Assembly (NCBI RefSeq): GCF_009914755.1
Contig: NC_060943.1
DNA: 64,000 bases
Origin: the human T2T-CHM13v2.0 reference genome, Homo sapiens
Strand: one strand, 5' to 3'
Shown: one piece after another, positions 36,140 through 53,521 of the stretch
How positions within the stretch are numbered: position 1 is the stretch's first letter
How the letters are laid out: every line of letters begins with the position of its first letter
The notes under the pieces: model-generated
The model's input: the letters and a program-made list of their open reading frames with translations, nothing else
The model's database searches: none
Told to the model about the DNA's origin: nothing
Position numbers and translations under genes: made by a program

Positions 36140-37159
36140 TCAAAACAAACAAACACACACAAAAAATAAGATGCCCATTGCAGATCTCCATTCACTATTT
36201 TATCAGATGATATTTCAGCACTTGAGTGAAGAAAATGTCTACAACTGGTCCAAACACTCAAGGAATTTAGACTCTTGACAGAGAAACACACAGAAGCAAG
36301 CAGATATGCCCCGAACCAAACTTGCTTTTTCTTCTAAGCCTGCTTCTTCGGAGCAGCCTCTGACCCTCCAGGGCCCTGAGAGGAGTCCCTGGAGCCACAG
36401 GAGCTTGGGAGCCCAGAGAAGTGGGGGAATCCCAGATGGTGACAGCATCATCCAGAGGAGGAACATAACGATGGCCACAGATTCCCAATTTGGAAATAAC
36501 TCAGCAAAACAACACTGACAGAAAATTCAGAGATTTCCAAGAGACTAGCCTCCCTGTTTCCATTTAGAAATTCACCTACATACATCCAGGGTGAGAGACC
36601 CCAAGCATCAGATGTGTCATACACAAGCATCAGATCCAAGTTAGAGAGGGCACCCGGGGACAGAAACCTCCAAGCCAGCCAAAAGCCAAAGGAAGGATTT
36701 TACAGAAAGATACAGGAATGTGGGGCCAGGCACAGTGGCTCATGCCTGCAATCCTAGCACTTTGGGAGGCCGAGGTGGGAGGATCGCTTGCGGCCAGGAA
36801 TTCAAGGCCAGCCTGAGCAACATAGCGAGATCCTATCTCTACAACAAATTTAAAAACTAGCTGGGTGTGATCACATATGCCTGTGGTCCCAACTACCCAG
36901 GAGGCTGAGGCAGGAGTTGAGCCCAGGAGGTGGAGGCTGCAATGAGCAATGATGGCGCCACTTCACTCCAGCCTCAGTGAAATAGTGAGACCCTGTCTAA
37001 AAATAATAATAAAAATAAAAAACATATAAAGATGTCAGAGCACGGGGACCAGAGCTGTTAGTCGGCCTCATGGAGACCCTGGCCAGGACAGCCACCTCTG
37101 GGGACCAGGAAGTCTCTCAGTTTCTGTCTCTGAGGGTTTGGCTCTCTGAGTCTCTCTGT

Positions 37160-37270
37160 CACCTCTCATTTCTCTCTCATCTCCCTCTGTCTATGCTGTG
37201 TCTCTATCTCTTTCAATCTCTCTGTCTCTGTCTCCCAGCCCTTATCTCTGAGTGTGTCTGTTTCTCTCTC

Positions 37271-37316
<46 letters not shown>

Positions 37317-37348
37317 TTCTCTCTCCCCCCTCCCTCCTCCCCTCTCCC
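37160..37348. repeat. (CT)n-rich tract
   Basis: Degenerate then pure CT repeats. Confidence 0.85.
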
Positions 37349-37734
37349 TACTGCAGGCTGGTCCATAACCCTTATCTTCCCCAGACCTGATGGAGTTCTG
37401 GTATTAATCTGTTTATGGTCTGTTTCCCTCCACTAGAACACGGTCTTCATTAAAGGCAGAGATTTTTGTCTGTCTTATTTTCTGCTGTATACCCAGTGCC
37501 TGGGATACTGGCTGGATCAATAAATATACGCTGAATGAAGAATGAATGAATGACCATTCTCATGAACATTATTATTTGATGCCAACTGTAAAGCAACAAT
37601 AATAATTGTCACTGCCACTGCTGCTATTGTTGGTATATCAGCTTTTTATTTAGTACAAACTATATCCCCGAAATTGAGCTAGGCAGTTTCTTGTTTAAGT
37701 TTTACAGACCACGCTGTGAGGTAAGTACTGTTAG

Positions 37735-37902
<168 letters not shown>

Positions 37903-38379
37903 TAATTTTTGTATTTTTAGTAAAGATGGGTTTTTGCCATGTTGGCCAGGCTGGTCTTGAACTCCTGGACCTCTGGTGATCCTCCTGCCTCGGCCTCCCA
38001 AAGTGCTGGGATTACAGGCGTCAGCCACTGCGCTTGCTCCCCCAGCCCCCAGACTTTTTTTTTTTTTTTGAGACAGGTCTGGCTCTGCCACCCAAGCTGT
38101 AGTGTAGTGGCGCAATGGTAGCTCACTGAAGCCTCTAACTCCTGGGTTCACACAGTCCTCCTGCCTCAGCCTCCCAAAATGCTGGAATTCAGGCCTGAGC
38201 CACCGCGCCCTACTATGCCCATTTTTCAGATAAAGAATCTGAGGGCCCTCGAGGAGAAACCACTTGCCCAACATGAGCCCTGGTCTTGTCTGACCCCAAA
38301 GCCCATGGGAAGTTTAGGCTGCGTGGAAGGACAGCCTGGTGGGCTCAGGATCTGTCCCATCACGAGTTGGAACCTCAGC

Positions 38380-39250
38380 TCTGCCACTCGGCAACCGCGA
38401 GCCGTTAGTAAGTTGCTGAATCTCTCCGTGTGCCTCCGTTTCCTCACCTGGAATGTGGGCGACCTCACACAGGAAGCCGCCTCTTCTAGTGGGCACCGAC
38501 GGAGCGAGCGCGCGTCTGCAGCGGGACTGAGCGCCGGGAGAGACCTGCGCAGGCGCAGGCGCGCGGGGAGGGCCAGCCTGGGTGGCCCACCCCGCGCCTG
38601 GCGGGACTGGCCGCCAACTCCCCTCCGCTCCAGTCACTTGTCTGGAGCTTGAAGAAGTGGGTATTCCCCTTCCCACCCCAGGCACTGGAGGAGCGGCCCC
38701 CCGGGGATTCCAGGACCTGAGCTCCGGGAGCTGGACTCGCAGCGACCGCGGCAGAGCGAGCTGGCGCCGGGAAGCGAGGAGACGCCCGCGGGAGGCCCAG
38801 CTGCTCGGAGCAACTGGCATGGCCCGAGCCATGGCCGCCGCGTGGCCGCTGCTGCTGGTGGCGCTACTGGTGCTGTCCTGGCCACCCCCAGGAACCGGTG
38901 AGTGACCCCCGCGCAGTCCGGTGGCCCCTGTCTGGCTCCCAGCTCCGCATCCAGGCCGGGTACTCGCCCCCTTGGGTTCCCGAAGATGACGGCCCCGCCC
39001 GGCGCCACCCACCCCCCATCTCTGCCCCGGGGTTGGAAGGAACACGGTGCGAGGGTGCGAGGGCAGGACCCTCCTCTTGGCCACCCGGAGAGCGGTCGGA
39101 GTTGGGTACAGAAATTCCTCGAAATTGGCAGCAACACGGGGCGGGCACAAGACCCTCCTCTGGGCCCCTCGGAAAGGGGATGGAGTTGGGTGAGGAAATT
39201 TCCCAAAAAGGCAAGTGAATCCCGGAAAATCAGCAGATGGTGACGCATGC
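38380..39250 (+). promoter_or_regulatory. PVR: PVR CpG-island promoter with NRF1 and GLI-like sites
   Basis: CpG-dense, TATA-less; TGCGCAGGCGCA(GGCGCG) at 38546-38563 (NRF1 consensus, overlapping repeat); TGGGTGGCC at 38579-38587 (GLI-like). Confidence 0.85.
38819..38897 (+). CDS. PVR: PVR exon 1, signal peptide [26 protein letters not shown]
   Basis: ggcATGG Kozak; 79 nt; donor accg|gtgagt. Confidence 0.98.
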
Positions 39251-39459
39251 CGGATTACCTTACCCAGGTTCCTGCTCAGCATACCCAGGCCATAACCCAG
39301 CAGCGTGCTGGCAGGCTGGGTCTGGACGGAGGGGATGGTTGATGTTGGGGAGGAGGACAGTGGGTGACACTTGACACCATTACCCCTCTGACCCCCAATG
39401 TCTGACTCCAGGGGCCTGGCCATTCATTCATTCTTTCATTCTTTTTTTTTTTTTTTTGA

Positions 39460-39618
<159 letters not shown>

Positions 39619-39668
39619 TAGTAGATACAGGATTTCACCATGTTGGCCAGGCTGGTCTCAAACTCCTG

Positions 39669-40170
39669 ATAAATATATATATTATATATTATTATTATAT
39701 ATTACATATTATAGTAATATATAATAAAAATATATAATATATATTATAGTAATATATAATATATAATAAAATATATAATATATATTATAGTAATATATAA
39801 TATATAATAAAATATATAATATATATTATAGTAATATATAATATATTATAATATATAATATATATTATAATATATAATATGTATATTATATATTATATAT
39901 ATTATTATAATATATAATATGTATATTATATATTATATATATTATTATAATATATAATATGTATATTATATATTATATATATTATAATAAAATATAATAT
40001 GTATTATGTATTATATAATTGATAATATATAATAATATATTTCTTAATAAATATATATTAAATATATTATATATTTATAACATATATTATTTATATAATA
40101 AATAATATATATTTTATTATACATTTAAAGAGTAAATAGATAACATATTTTATTATTTATTTATATATTT

Positions 40171-40223
<53 letters not shown>

Positions 40224-40262
40224 CGTGTGTGCGTGTATGTGTGTGTGTGTATGAGAGAGAGA
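39669..40262. repeat. AT-rich VNTR plus compound (TA)n(TG)n(GA)n microsatellite in PVR intron 1
   Basis: Repeated tatattatagtaatatataa and tataatatgtatattatata blocks; ~(TA)23 at 40175-40220. Confidence 0.95.
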
Positions 40263-41218
40263 GACAAGGTCTTGCTTTGTTGCCCAGGCTGGAGTGCAGT
40301 GGTACAATCCCGGCTCATTGCAAACTCGACTTCCCAGGCTCAAGCGATCCTCTCACTGTGGCTTCTGGAGTAGCTGGGATTATAGGTGCTCACCTGGCTA
40401 ATTTTTTTTGTATTTTTGGTAGAGACAGGGTTTCGCTATGCTGCCCAGGTTGGTTGCAGCCAAGCACAGTGGCTCATGCCTGTAATCCCAACACTTTGGG
40501 AGGCTGTGGTGGGAGGATCACTTGAGCTTAGGAATTCAAAACCAGCCTGGGCAATATGGCAAGACCCCATCTCTACAAAAATAATTAACTAAATAAAAAT
40601 TTAAAAATAAAAAAGAATGCATAGGACCATGTTTATTAGTGTCAATAAGCGCTGTCACATTTTGAGGACCTACTATGTGCTAGGGCCCTTAGCAGAAAGA
40701 TTTTTATATAGGACCTGGGGGATTAGAGGTCAGTCTCTGACCACCCAAGTTCAAATCCCACCTCTGCCACTAAACCTCTGTATGACTTGGAGGACACTAT
40801 ACTCTGTGTCAGTTTCCCTGTCTGTAAAATGATGTTAACAGTAGTGCTTGCCTCAGGGGGGCTATTTGAGGATTAAATGCCAAGATATATGTGAAGCACC
40901 CAGAATAGCCCCTGATCTGTGTCAGCACCCTGTGAGTGTCCACTGTTCTAAGTCTCATTTTACAAACTAGGAAAAAGAATCAGAGAGGTTAAGTAACCGG
41001 CCTGAAGCTCCACAGCAGAAAACTGAAGGGACCCAAAACTCCTGGGCTATAATTGCCTTCCTCTCGTGCCTCAATCCCCCACATTCTTCCAACCAGGACC
41101 CACCCAGAGTAATAATGCAGCGTTTCATGGATTTGAAGACCCAAGATTTCTCCCCGTTTTCTACATTGGGGTTATTCTAACCCCTAATGGCAAGTTGTGC
41201 TATAAATGACAACAGTCA

Positions 41219-41669
<451 letters not shown>

Positions 41670-42001
41670 TTAGTTTTTTAACCACAATATTTACCACAAT
41701 TTTTTAAATCAGTGATGTTGAGATTCAGGGAAATACGGTAATAATAGAAGAAATACGGTAATAAATAGCCAAAGTGAAGGAGCACGGCCAAGTTGCAGAC
41801 CATCCCAGACGCCCTTACCCTCCTCGCCTGCCATGGCCCCAACTAGTGCCCCAGTTCCCCCTCCCCCCACACCCCACGGTCCACCGGGGATCCAGGGCCC
41901 CAGCGTGCAAGTGCACGCCCAGGTGCCCGGGCTCCTGGAGCCCCTCCCTATCTAGTCCAAGAACGCCCCGGGTCTGACACCTTCTCTTCGGTTCTCCGCA
42001 G

Positions 42002-42349
42002 GGGACGTCGTCGTGCAGGCGCCCACCCAGGTGCCCGGCTTCTTGGGCGACTCCGTGACGCTGCCCTGCTACCTACAGGTGCCCAACATGGAGGTGACGC
42101 ATGTGTCACAGCTGACTTGGGCGCGGCATGGTGAATCTGGCAGCATGGCCGTCTTCCACCAAACGCAGGGCCCCAGCTATTCGGAGTCCAAACGGCTGGA
42201 ATTCGTGGCAGCCAGACTGGGCGCGGAGCTGCGGAATGCCTCGCTGAGGATGTTCGGGTTGCGCGTAGAGGATGAAGGCAACTACACCTGCCTGTTCGTC
42301 ACGTTCCCGCAGGGCAGCAGGAGCGTGGATATCTGGCTCCGAGTGCTTG
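42002..42349 (+). CDS. PVR: PVR exon 2, IgV domain D1 (poliovirus/TIGIT/DNAM-1/CD96 binding); Ala67 allele
   Basis: ccgcag|gggac; [23 protein letters not shown]...LTWARHG...[19 protein letters not shown]; donor cttg|gtgagc; 348 nt. Confidence 0.99.
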
Positions 42350-42755
42350 GTGAGCAGGGGGTTTTGGGGAGGCTGAATGAAAGGCAGAGACTTGGTGGGA
42401 GGATCAGGGAAGTTGGCAAAGAGCGGGGAGGCCTGGGAGGGAGGGAGATTCCCTCCACAGCAGATCCCCTGGGGACAAAAGGAGGGGGCAGCGCAATGAT
42501 GTGGGGTGGGGTGGGGGGAGGTGAGTGGGGGGAGGGGCTGCAGGGCAGGAAGAAAGCAGAGATCTCAGGGAGTAAGGACCCCCAAGCCTGGGATCAGAAA
42601 GCCCTGAGGGAGGAGGAGGGGTATATTGGAAAGGGAGCTGGGAGGGGACTGGGAAGGAAGGGAGGAGGCCTGGGTGGCCTCTTCTGGGTCCCTCCTTTCC
42701 TCATCTGTAAAAGGGTTGGTGACAACAGCATCACCCTTGGAAAGCTGTCCTGAGT

Positions 42756-44156
42756 GTCATCACTGCCTAGGAAAGAGTCTGTCTGCCCCCTTGGACTGTG
42801 TACCCATGAGGGCAGAACCGGGGCTATTTTGATCACTGCTGGGCCCCAGCACTTTCCACCAAACAATATTTATTGAGCACTTATTATGTGCCATTCTAAG
42901 AGCTTTACCTGCATATTCTAATTGCCTGTGATTCCATCATTATCACCTGTTGACAGACAAGGAAACTGAGGCACAGACTTGCCCAAGACCAAAGCTGCAG
43001 CCTCAGGGCAGCGGCGCTTCACCGCTGGCCCATGTGAGCCCCTTAGAGCTGTCGGTTACTGTTACTTTATCTGGTGAAGAAGGAGAAAGTTGAAACAGAC
43101 AGACAGGAAAGCAAGGATCCTGATACCCAAAAGAGGAGGGGATCATGCTTTCATTTTCATGAGCTCCATGAAGCCTTCCTCTTGGAACTTGAGCAAGAAG
43201 TCTCTGTGCCTCAGTTTCCTCATCTGTGGGATAGGGATCACCATGAGGATTCAAAAAAACTGACCCTTTTTTTTTTTTTGAGATAGTTTAGTTCTGTCGC
43301 CCAGGCTGGAGTGCAGTGGTGTGATCATAGTAGGTCCTCACTGCAGCCTGGAACTCCTGGGCTCAAGGGATGTTCCTACCCTCCCTGTAGCTGGAATTAC
43401 AGGAATGTGCCACCATGCCCAACTTGTTTTCTGTTTTGTTTTGTTTTGTTTTGTTTTGTTTTGTTTTTAAGCTTATGTGCCAAGAACTATTCCAAGCCTG
43501 TGCATGAGAAACTCATGAAATGTCAAGGGCTTGGAACTGTGCCTAGCACACAACACCCAACCAAAGGCAGCTGTTGTCACTCCAGCAAGCCTGGGATTCT
43601 GGGTATCATGGTTTAGGATGAGGGTAAAACAGAAACAGTGAGTCAAGTTAAGGAGAAATCTTCGGTAAATAATATAGGTAATGATGGGGAAGGAAGTTCC
43701 AGGTTTGGGAATCACCAGGATGATGATTAAGAGATGGTCAAGGTGGTTTTGGAGTCAGACAGACTTTATGTGAAAGCCCAGCTCTGCTGCTTACAGCTGT
43801 GTGACCATGGGCAAGTCACTTCCCTTCTCAACTTCAGGGCTCAGGCTTCCTCTCCTCCACTGAGCCCCAGACCAGGATAACCCCCTTTGGGTTTCCCCTT
43901 CCCAGCCCTGCCCTCTCCGAGTCATCACTGCCTAGGAAAGAGTCCGTCTGCCCCCTTGGACTGTGTACCCATGAGGGCAGAACCAGGGCTATTTTGGTCA
44001 CTGCTGGGCTCCAGCACTTTCCACCAAACAATATTTATTGAGCGCTTATTATATACCATTCTAAGAGCTTTACCTGCATATTCTCATTGCCTGTGATCCC
44101 ATCACTATCCCCTGTCAACAGACAAGGAAACTGAGGCACAGACTTGCCCAAGACCA
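42756..44156 (+). repeat. 236-bp direct repeat pair in PVR intron 2 (42756-42991 and 43921-44156)
   Basis: Ungapped manual alignment, about 13 mismatches (~94%). Confidence 0.92.
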
Positions 44157-44588
44157 CACAGCTGCTCAGGGACACAGCTGGGATTTAAACCATGCCATTC
44201 TGTATCTTTTTTTTTTTTTTTTTTTTTGAGACAGAATCTCACTCTGTCGCCCAGGCTGGAGAGCAGTGACACAATCTCAGCTCACTGCAACCTCCGCCTC
44301 CCGAGTTCAAGCAATTCTCTGGTCTCAGCCTCCCAAGTAACTGGGATTACTGGCGTGTGCCACCATACCCTGGCTAATTTTTAATAGAGACAGTTTCTCC
44401 ATGTTGGCCAGGCTGGTCTCGAACTCCTGACCCCAAGTGATCCACCCACCTCAGCCCCCCAAAGTTCTGGGATTATAGGCGTGAGCCACCCCGCCCAGCA
44501 ACCATGCCATCCTGTACCCTTAATGAATGCCCCCTTCTGCCACGGAGGGGTTCATTGAATGACTTGTTGCTTTTGTTCCTCTTCCCAG

Positions 44589-44885
44589 CCAAGCCCCAGA
44601 ACACAGCTGAGGTTCAGAAGGTCCAGCTCACTGGAGAGCCAGTGCCCATGGCCCGCTGCGTCTCCACAGGGGGTCGCCCGCCAGCCCAAATCACCTGGCA
44701 CTCAGACCTGGGCGGGATGCCCAATACGAGCCAGGTGCCAGGGTTCCTGTCTGGCACAGTCACTGTCACCAGCCTCTGGATATTGGTGCCCTCAAGCCAG
44801 GTGGACGGCAAGAATGTGACCTGCAAGGTGGAGCACGAGAGCTTTGAGAAGCCTCAGCTGCTGACTGTGAACCTCACCGTGTACT
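44589..44885 (+). CDS. PVR: PVR exon 3, Ig domain D2
   Basis: cccag|ccaag; [10 protein letters not shown]...[16 protein letters not shown]...[10 protein letters not shown]...LTVY; donor tact|gtgagt; 297 nt. Confidence 0.99.
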
Positions 44886-44929
44886 GTGAGTGTGCCCAAG
44901 TCAGCGATGGCAAGAACCCCTGCCGGGCT

Positions 44930-48190
<3,261 letters not shown>

Positions 48191-48465
48191 CCCCTCGCCC
48201 CCGAATAAAACCCTGTCCCATTGGCCTGCCCCCAAGGACATTGAAAGGTCTTCGCTGTCAATCACGTATGGGATGGCTGAGCAGCAGCCTAGAGCAGGGT
48301 TATCTGGGACTCTTTCCTGCAGGACTTGTCAGAACCTTGAATACACTGCTGTGTGTTGTGAGTGGTCATTGCCTATGAGTGAGAAAAGGAGGAGGCATTT
48401 TCCTGCAGGACACCCAAGACATGCCTGGTCCAGGCTACCCAGGAAAGCTAGTGGAGAAAAGCAGC

Positions 48466-48512
48466 TCCTCAGAAGCCTTCTCCATGTCCCCACTGACCAA
48501 GGACTCCTAGGC
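48466..48512 (-). ncRNA. MIR4531: MIR4531 precursor (47 nt), antisense in PVR intron 3
   Basis: Reverse complement GCCUAGGAGUCCUUGGUCAGUGGGGACAUGGAGAAGGCUUCUGAGGA matches the recalled miRBase entry (mature AUGGAGAAGGCUUCUGA). Very short hairpin, so its status as a genuine miRNA is doubtful. Confidence 0.7.
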
Positions 48513-48679
48513 TTCTGCTCTCTGTGGCACCCCATCTACCTAGACTCCTCCTAGGCCTCTCCAGCTCCCGCTGTTTTCCAAATATCCCCGGGCCTTTTCC
48601 TGCAGTGTCGTGAATCCCGCGTAGCCCCAGGCCCCCCAAAGCCTCCCAGTCTCTGAACCTCTGTATCCATTTCCTGCAG

Positions 48680-48797
48680 ACCCCCCAGAGGTATCCATCT
48701 CTGGCTATGATAACAACTGGTACCTTGGCCAGAATGAGGCCACCCTGACCTGCGATGCTCGCAGCAACCCAGAGCCCACAGGCTATAATTGGAGCAC
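48680..48797 (+). CDS. PVR: PVR exon 4, first half of Ig domain D3
   Basis: ctgcag|acccc; [38 protein letters not shown]; donor agcac|gtgagt; 118 nt. Confidence 0.98.
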
Positions 48798-48802
48798 GTG
48801 AG

Positions 48803-49154
48803 TCCTGGGTCTCAGGGAGGAGGGGCTGGGGGTCTGGATTTCTAGCACTGAGGGAGGAGGGGCTGGGGGCCTGGACTCCTGGGACTGAGGGAGAAGGGGC
48901 TGGGGGCCCGGACCCCTGGGTCTGAGGGACGAGAGGCTGGGAGCCCGGACTCCTGGGTCTGAGGGAAGAGGGGCTGGGGGTCTGGACCCCTGGGACTGAG
49001 GGAGGAGGGGCTGGGCCTGGACCCCTGGGTCTGAGGGAGGAGGGGCTGGGGGGTCTGGACCCCTGGGTCTGAGGGAGGAGAAGCTGGGAGCCTGGACCCC
49101 TGGGTCTGAGGCAGGACAGACTGGGGCCTGGACTCCTGGTCTAAGAGAGGAGGG
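48803..49154 (+). repeat. ~37-bp G-rich minisatellite, ~9.5 units (MSR1 / chr19q-type)
   Basis: Unit cctgggtctgagggaggaggggctgggggcctggact, starting 5 nt after the PVR exon 4 donor. Confidence 0.9.
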
Positions 49155-49469
49155 AGATTCAGAAAAGAGAAAAAGAGGAGGTTGACTTCGGGCCCCCAGT
49201 GGGGGGCATCTCTGTTTTGACATCTCTGTTTTGCGGTTGAGGCGTTTAGCAGGTGGTTGAATCCTGGCTGGTGGATGCACCTGCTTTTTGGGGTGTGCCT
49301 GCTCTGTGCCCGGTACTTCCCCCGAATCCCATGTGACCCCATGCTGTGCACAGTCAGCAGCTGTTGCCCTGCCCAGGTTAAAGACCAGCCACGAGAGGGC
49401 AGAAGCGGCCCTTGAATCAGCGCTCGGCTCCAAAGCTGGTCCTCCGCCTCTTGGCCAAGCTTGTCTAAC

Positions 49470-49637
49470 CTGCAGGCCACATCATTTGTAAACTTTCTTA
49501 AAACATTATGAGACTTTTTTTTTGCGAATTTTTTTAGCTCATTAGCTATTGTTAGTGTTAGTGTATTTTATGTATGGCCCAGGACAGTTCTTCTTCTTCC
49601 AATGTGGCCCGGGGAAGCCAAAAGATTGGACACCCCC
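49470..49637. mobile_element. MER30-type DNA transposon
   Basis: ttagtgtattttatgtatggcccaggacagttcttctt...gaagccaaaagattggacacccc. Confidence 0.7.
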
Positions 49638-50701
49638 ACTCTAGACTGTAACCACCTCACCGTCACCTTGTGTAACCTACTTGGTTATCTCTGGATGGAG
49701 CAAGTACTATATATCCCCATTGTCTAGATGAGAAAGTTGAGGCTCACAGCAATAAGATTTCCCCAGATTCACACTGAGGCTGAGATCAAGAGCAAGGTAA
49801 GAAAAAGGCAAAGAGATAATACATAATTTTATAATACATAATTTTACATAAATTACATAATTTTACTGAACCGCCCTTTTTTTTTAAAGAAGGGGCTCTG
49901 TTGCCGAGGCTGGAGTGCAGTGGCGTGATCATAGCTCACTGCAGCCTGGACCTCCCTGGGCTCAGGTGATCCTCCCACCTCAGCCTCCTGAGTAGCTGGG
50001 ACTACAGGCACACGCCACCACACTCAGCTAATTTTGTTGTATTTTTTTTGCAGAGACAGGGTTTTGCCACATTGCCCAGGCTGGTCTGCAACTCCTGGGC
50101 TCAAGCAATCAACCCACCTCAGCCTCCTAAAGTGCTGGGATTACAGGCGTGAGCCACCTCGCCCAGCCTTAGGTCTTTTTCCTTATTACAAAAATAACTT
50201 GTGTCCACTGTAGAAATATCAAACAATTTAGTTATGAGCAAAAAGAAGAAAGTAGTGCCTATAGTCAAGTGTACCCAGCCACCTCCAGAAATACCCAGTG
50301 ACCCCTTATTATACATCCTGTCTTTTTTCTCTCTGTTTCTAAACAAAGACTGGAATTATGCTGTACATATAATTTTGAACCTTTTCGTCTGTCTTGTGAA
50401 TACCTTTCCATGTCAAAGCACATAGATCCACAACTCCATTTTCCCCCACGTTGTATTAGGAAGACTGTCAAACATACAGAAAAATCATAGGAATTTTCCA
50501 GTGAACACTTAAGATTCCACCACGTGGATTCCCCTGCTAACATTTTACTGTGCTTGCTTTATCACGTTTCTGTGATTCCTTCAGTCCCTCTATTCATCCA
50601 TCAATCATATTATGCATTTCAGAGCACCCCCAGCTCTCCTGCTTTTTTTTTTTTTTTTTTTTTTTTTGAGGCAGGGCCTCACTCTGTTGCTCAGGCTGTA
50701 G

Positions 50702-50830
<129 letters not shown>

Positions 50831-51548
50831 TAGTGTTGCTGGGATTCCACCACTTTAAAAAAAAAATTCAAAGAATAGAGACAGGATCTCACTATGTTGC
50901 CCAGGCTGGTCTTGAACTCCTGTACTCAAGCAGTCATCTCACCTGGGCCTCCCAAAGGGCAGGGAAGGGATTCCAACATATGTGGATGTCATCAGTTATT
51001 TAACCAGTCCCTAGTAGAGGACACAGATGTCATTTTCCATTTTCAACTCTGCAAATGCCATGGTGGTGTCCATCCCCACTGGTCACTTGTCAGCAGTTGT
51101 CCGTGGAAGGAATTGCCGGTCAAAGGTTTTCAACTGGTGTGATGGTGCCTTTACTGTCCTGCCTCAAAGCACCGCAATTCAGGCTCTTGAGCCAGATAGC
51201 TGCGTTTGCATCCCAGCTCTGCGGAGCACCCAAAGCCTGATGCTTCCATCTCCTCCACCTCTGTTCATTAAACCAGTGTTCCTTGACTACTTACTGTGTG
51301 CCGGGTGCAATTAACCAACATACGTTGGTCGATAAAACAGACCAAATTTCCTCCCCATATAGAGCTTCCATTCTAGTGGTGAAAGAAACAAGAAGCAAGA
51401 TAAAGTGTGTAGTGTGTGTGCAATGGTGATAAATACCATGGAGAAGACAAAGCAGAGAAGGGAATGGGACTGGGCGCCATGACTCATACCTGTAATCCCA
51501 GCACTTTGGGAGGCAGAGATGGGAGGATCACTTGAGGCTAGGAGTTCA

Positions 51549-51836
<288 letters not shown>

Positions 51837-52541
51837 TTACTAAGGTGACATCCCAGCAGAGGCCTGAAGGAGATGAGGGTGAGCTCTGCGGGTGCCTAGG
51901 GGGAAAGCATTCCAGCAGAGGGAACAGCATGGGCAAACCCATTTCTATCCATCAGTCCCTGCATAAGCAAACACCCTGGACACCTAACTGGAGAGTTTGA
52001 GGACCAACAAAGAGGCCACTGTGGATGCAGAGGCAGGAGCAAAGGGGAGAGTAATGGAAAACGTGGGCAGAGGTAGCAGGGGCCAGATCACGTGGGGCCT
52101 GTGACACCAGAAGACTTCGGTTTAACTCTGAGCCAGGCTAGGCCCCCAGAGGGTACTGAGCTGAGGTATGGGAACTGACTTAGGGTTCACAGGCGACCTC
52201 TGGTGGCCATGTGGGGAACAGACGAGGGGGCGAGGGCAGAAACGGAGCCCAGCGTGGAGGCGGCTGCTGGGGGCCGGGATGCACAGCGCCAGAGCAGGGA
52301 GGTACCGTGGAAGCCCTGAGGAGAGGTGGGATTCTGGATGGATCTTAAGGCGGGGCCGACATGATTGGCTAATGGGTTGGGTGTGGGCATGAGAGGAAGG
52401 GAAGAGTCGGGGGGCCTCCAGAGTTGCTCTCCGCTTATGCTATAGAGGGCGTGAGGGTTTCTGGGCACGTAGTGCGTGCTCAATCACTGTCACTCCGGAC
52501 CTGCAGCAGAGGCCACCTCCTCACCTTTCTGTCTCTCCCAG

Positions 52542-52690
52542 GACCATGGGTCCCCTGCCACCCTTTGCTGTGGCCCAGGGCGCCCAGCTCCTGATCCGTC
52601 CTGTGGACAAACCAATCAACACAACTTTAATCTGCAACGTCACCAATGCCCTAGGAGCTCGCCAGGCAGAACTGACCGTCCAGGTCAAAG
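52542..52690 (+). CDS. PVR: PVR exon 5, second half of D3
   Basis: cccag|gacc; [49 protein letters not shown]; donor aaag|gtgagg; 149 nt. Confidence 0.98.
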
Positions 52691-53521
52691 GTGAGGAACT
52701 CCCTGGGTGGGAAGAACAGGGACCAAAGGAAGAGGTCGAGGCAGGGTTCCCTGTCTAATGCTCTCTGGCTCCCATCCTTCTCCTAAGCCTTCTCACAAAA
52801 GGACCAGTGGGGCCAGCTTTACTCCCCTGTTAACTCCATACCTATATCACTGGTACCGTTGTTCAGCTGCCTGGATACACTCCCTCCACACACACAGGTT
52901 GGGATAGATGTGGAATCCCTCTCTCTCAGGGACTCAGGCCTTTCCAAATATATTAGGCAGACCTCTATCAATTGCAATTGACAGAAACACAAAGTAGTCT
53001 AAGCAAAAAAAACCAAACAAAACAGGACTTTATTGAAAATTCACCTTCAGGTATGGTTAGATCCAGGGGCTCCAACCATGTAACCCAGGAACTTTTATTT
53101 TATACATCTCTTGTCTCTGCTTTTCGTTATACTGGCTTTATTCTCAGGCAGGCTCTGAAGCAAGATGGCCCTCGGCAGGGACAGGCTCACATTCTACCAG
53201 AATGGCAACAGCAGGAGAAAAAACATACCACTTTCAGTAACTGTAGCCATAGTCCCAGGGCTGGCTCTCATTGGCCCAGCTTAGGCCACAGCCCACCTAT
53301 GAACCAATCATAGCAGCCAGGGAGAATGGAATATTCTGATTGGCCAGGCCTGTGTCAAAGTCCCATTCTGGGCACCAGAGGGTGGGATCCATTCCACCTG
53401 AATTAAATAGACTGAGGCAGTGGAGTGGTGGCTCCCTAAGGAAATTCAAGATGCCATTTCAAGAATGAGGGATAAACCCCAAGAGTTTCCTTACCTAAAT
53501 ACCTGTTTCCTTCTCTTTCAG

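Noticed and set aside
36239-36639. Unique minus-strand stretch with faint Ig-like words (GNREASLLEI)
   Set aside because: No consistent Ig Cys/Trp register or exon boundaries; resemblance is likely chance.
38314-39423. 369-aa minus-strand ORF and other long ORFs across the PVR promoter
   Set aside because: GC-rich CpG island depleted of stop codons; low-complexity Pro/Arg/Gly/Ala product with no recognisable domain.
48803-49154. Regularly spaced ~37-nt repeats resembling a CRISPR array
   Set aside because: No unique spacers, human intron, no cas genes; it is a tandem minisatellite.
48783-49480. Two >200-aa Pro-rich minus-strand ORFs
   Set aside because: Translations of the 37-bp minisatellite.
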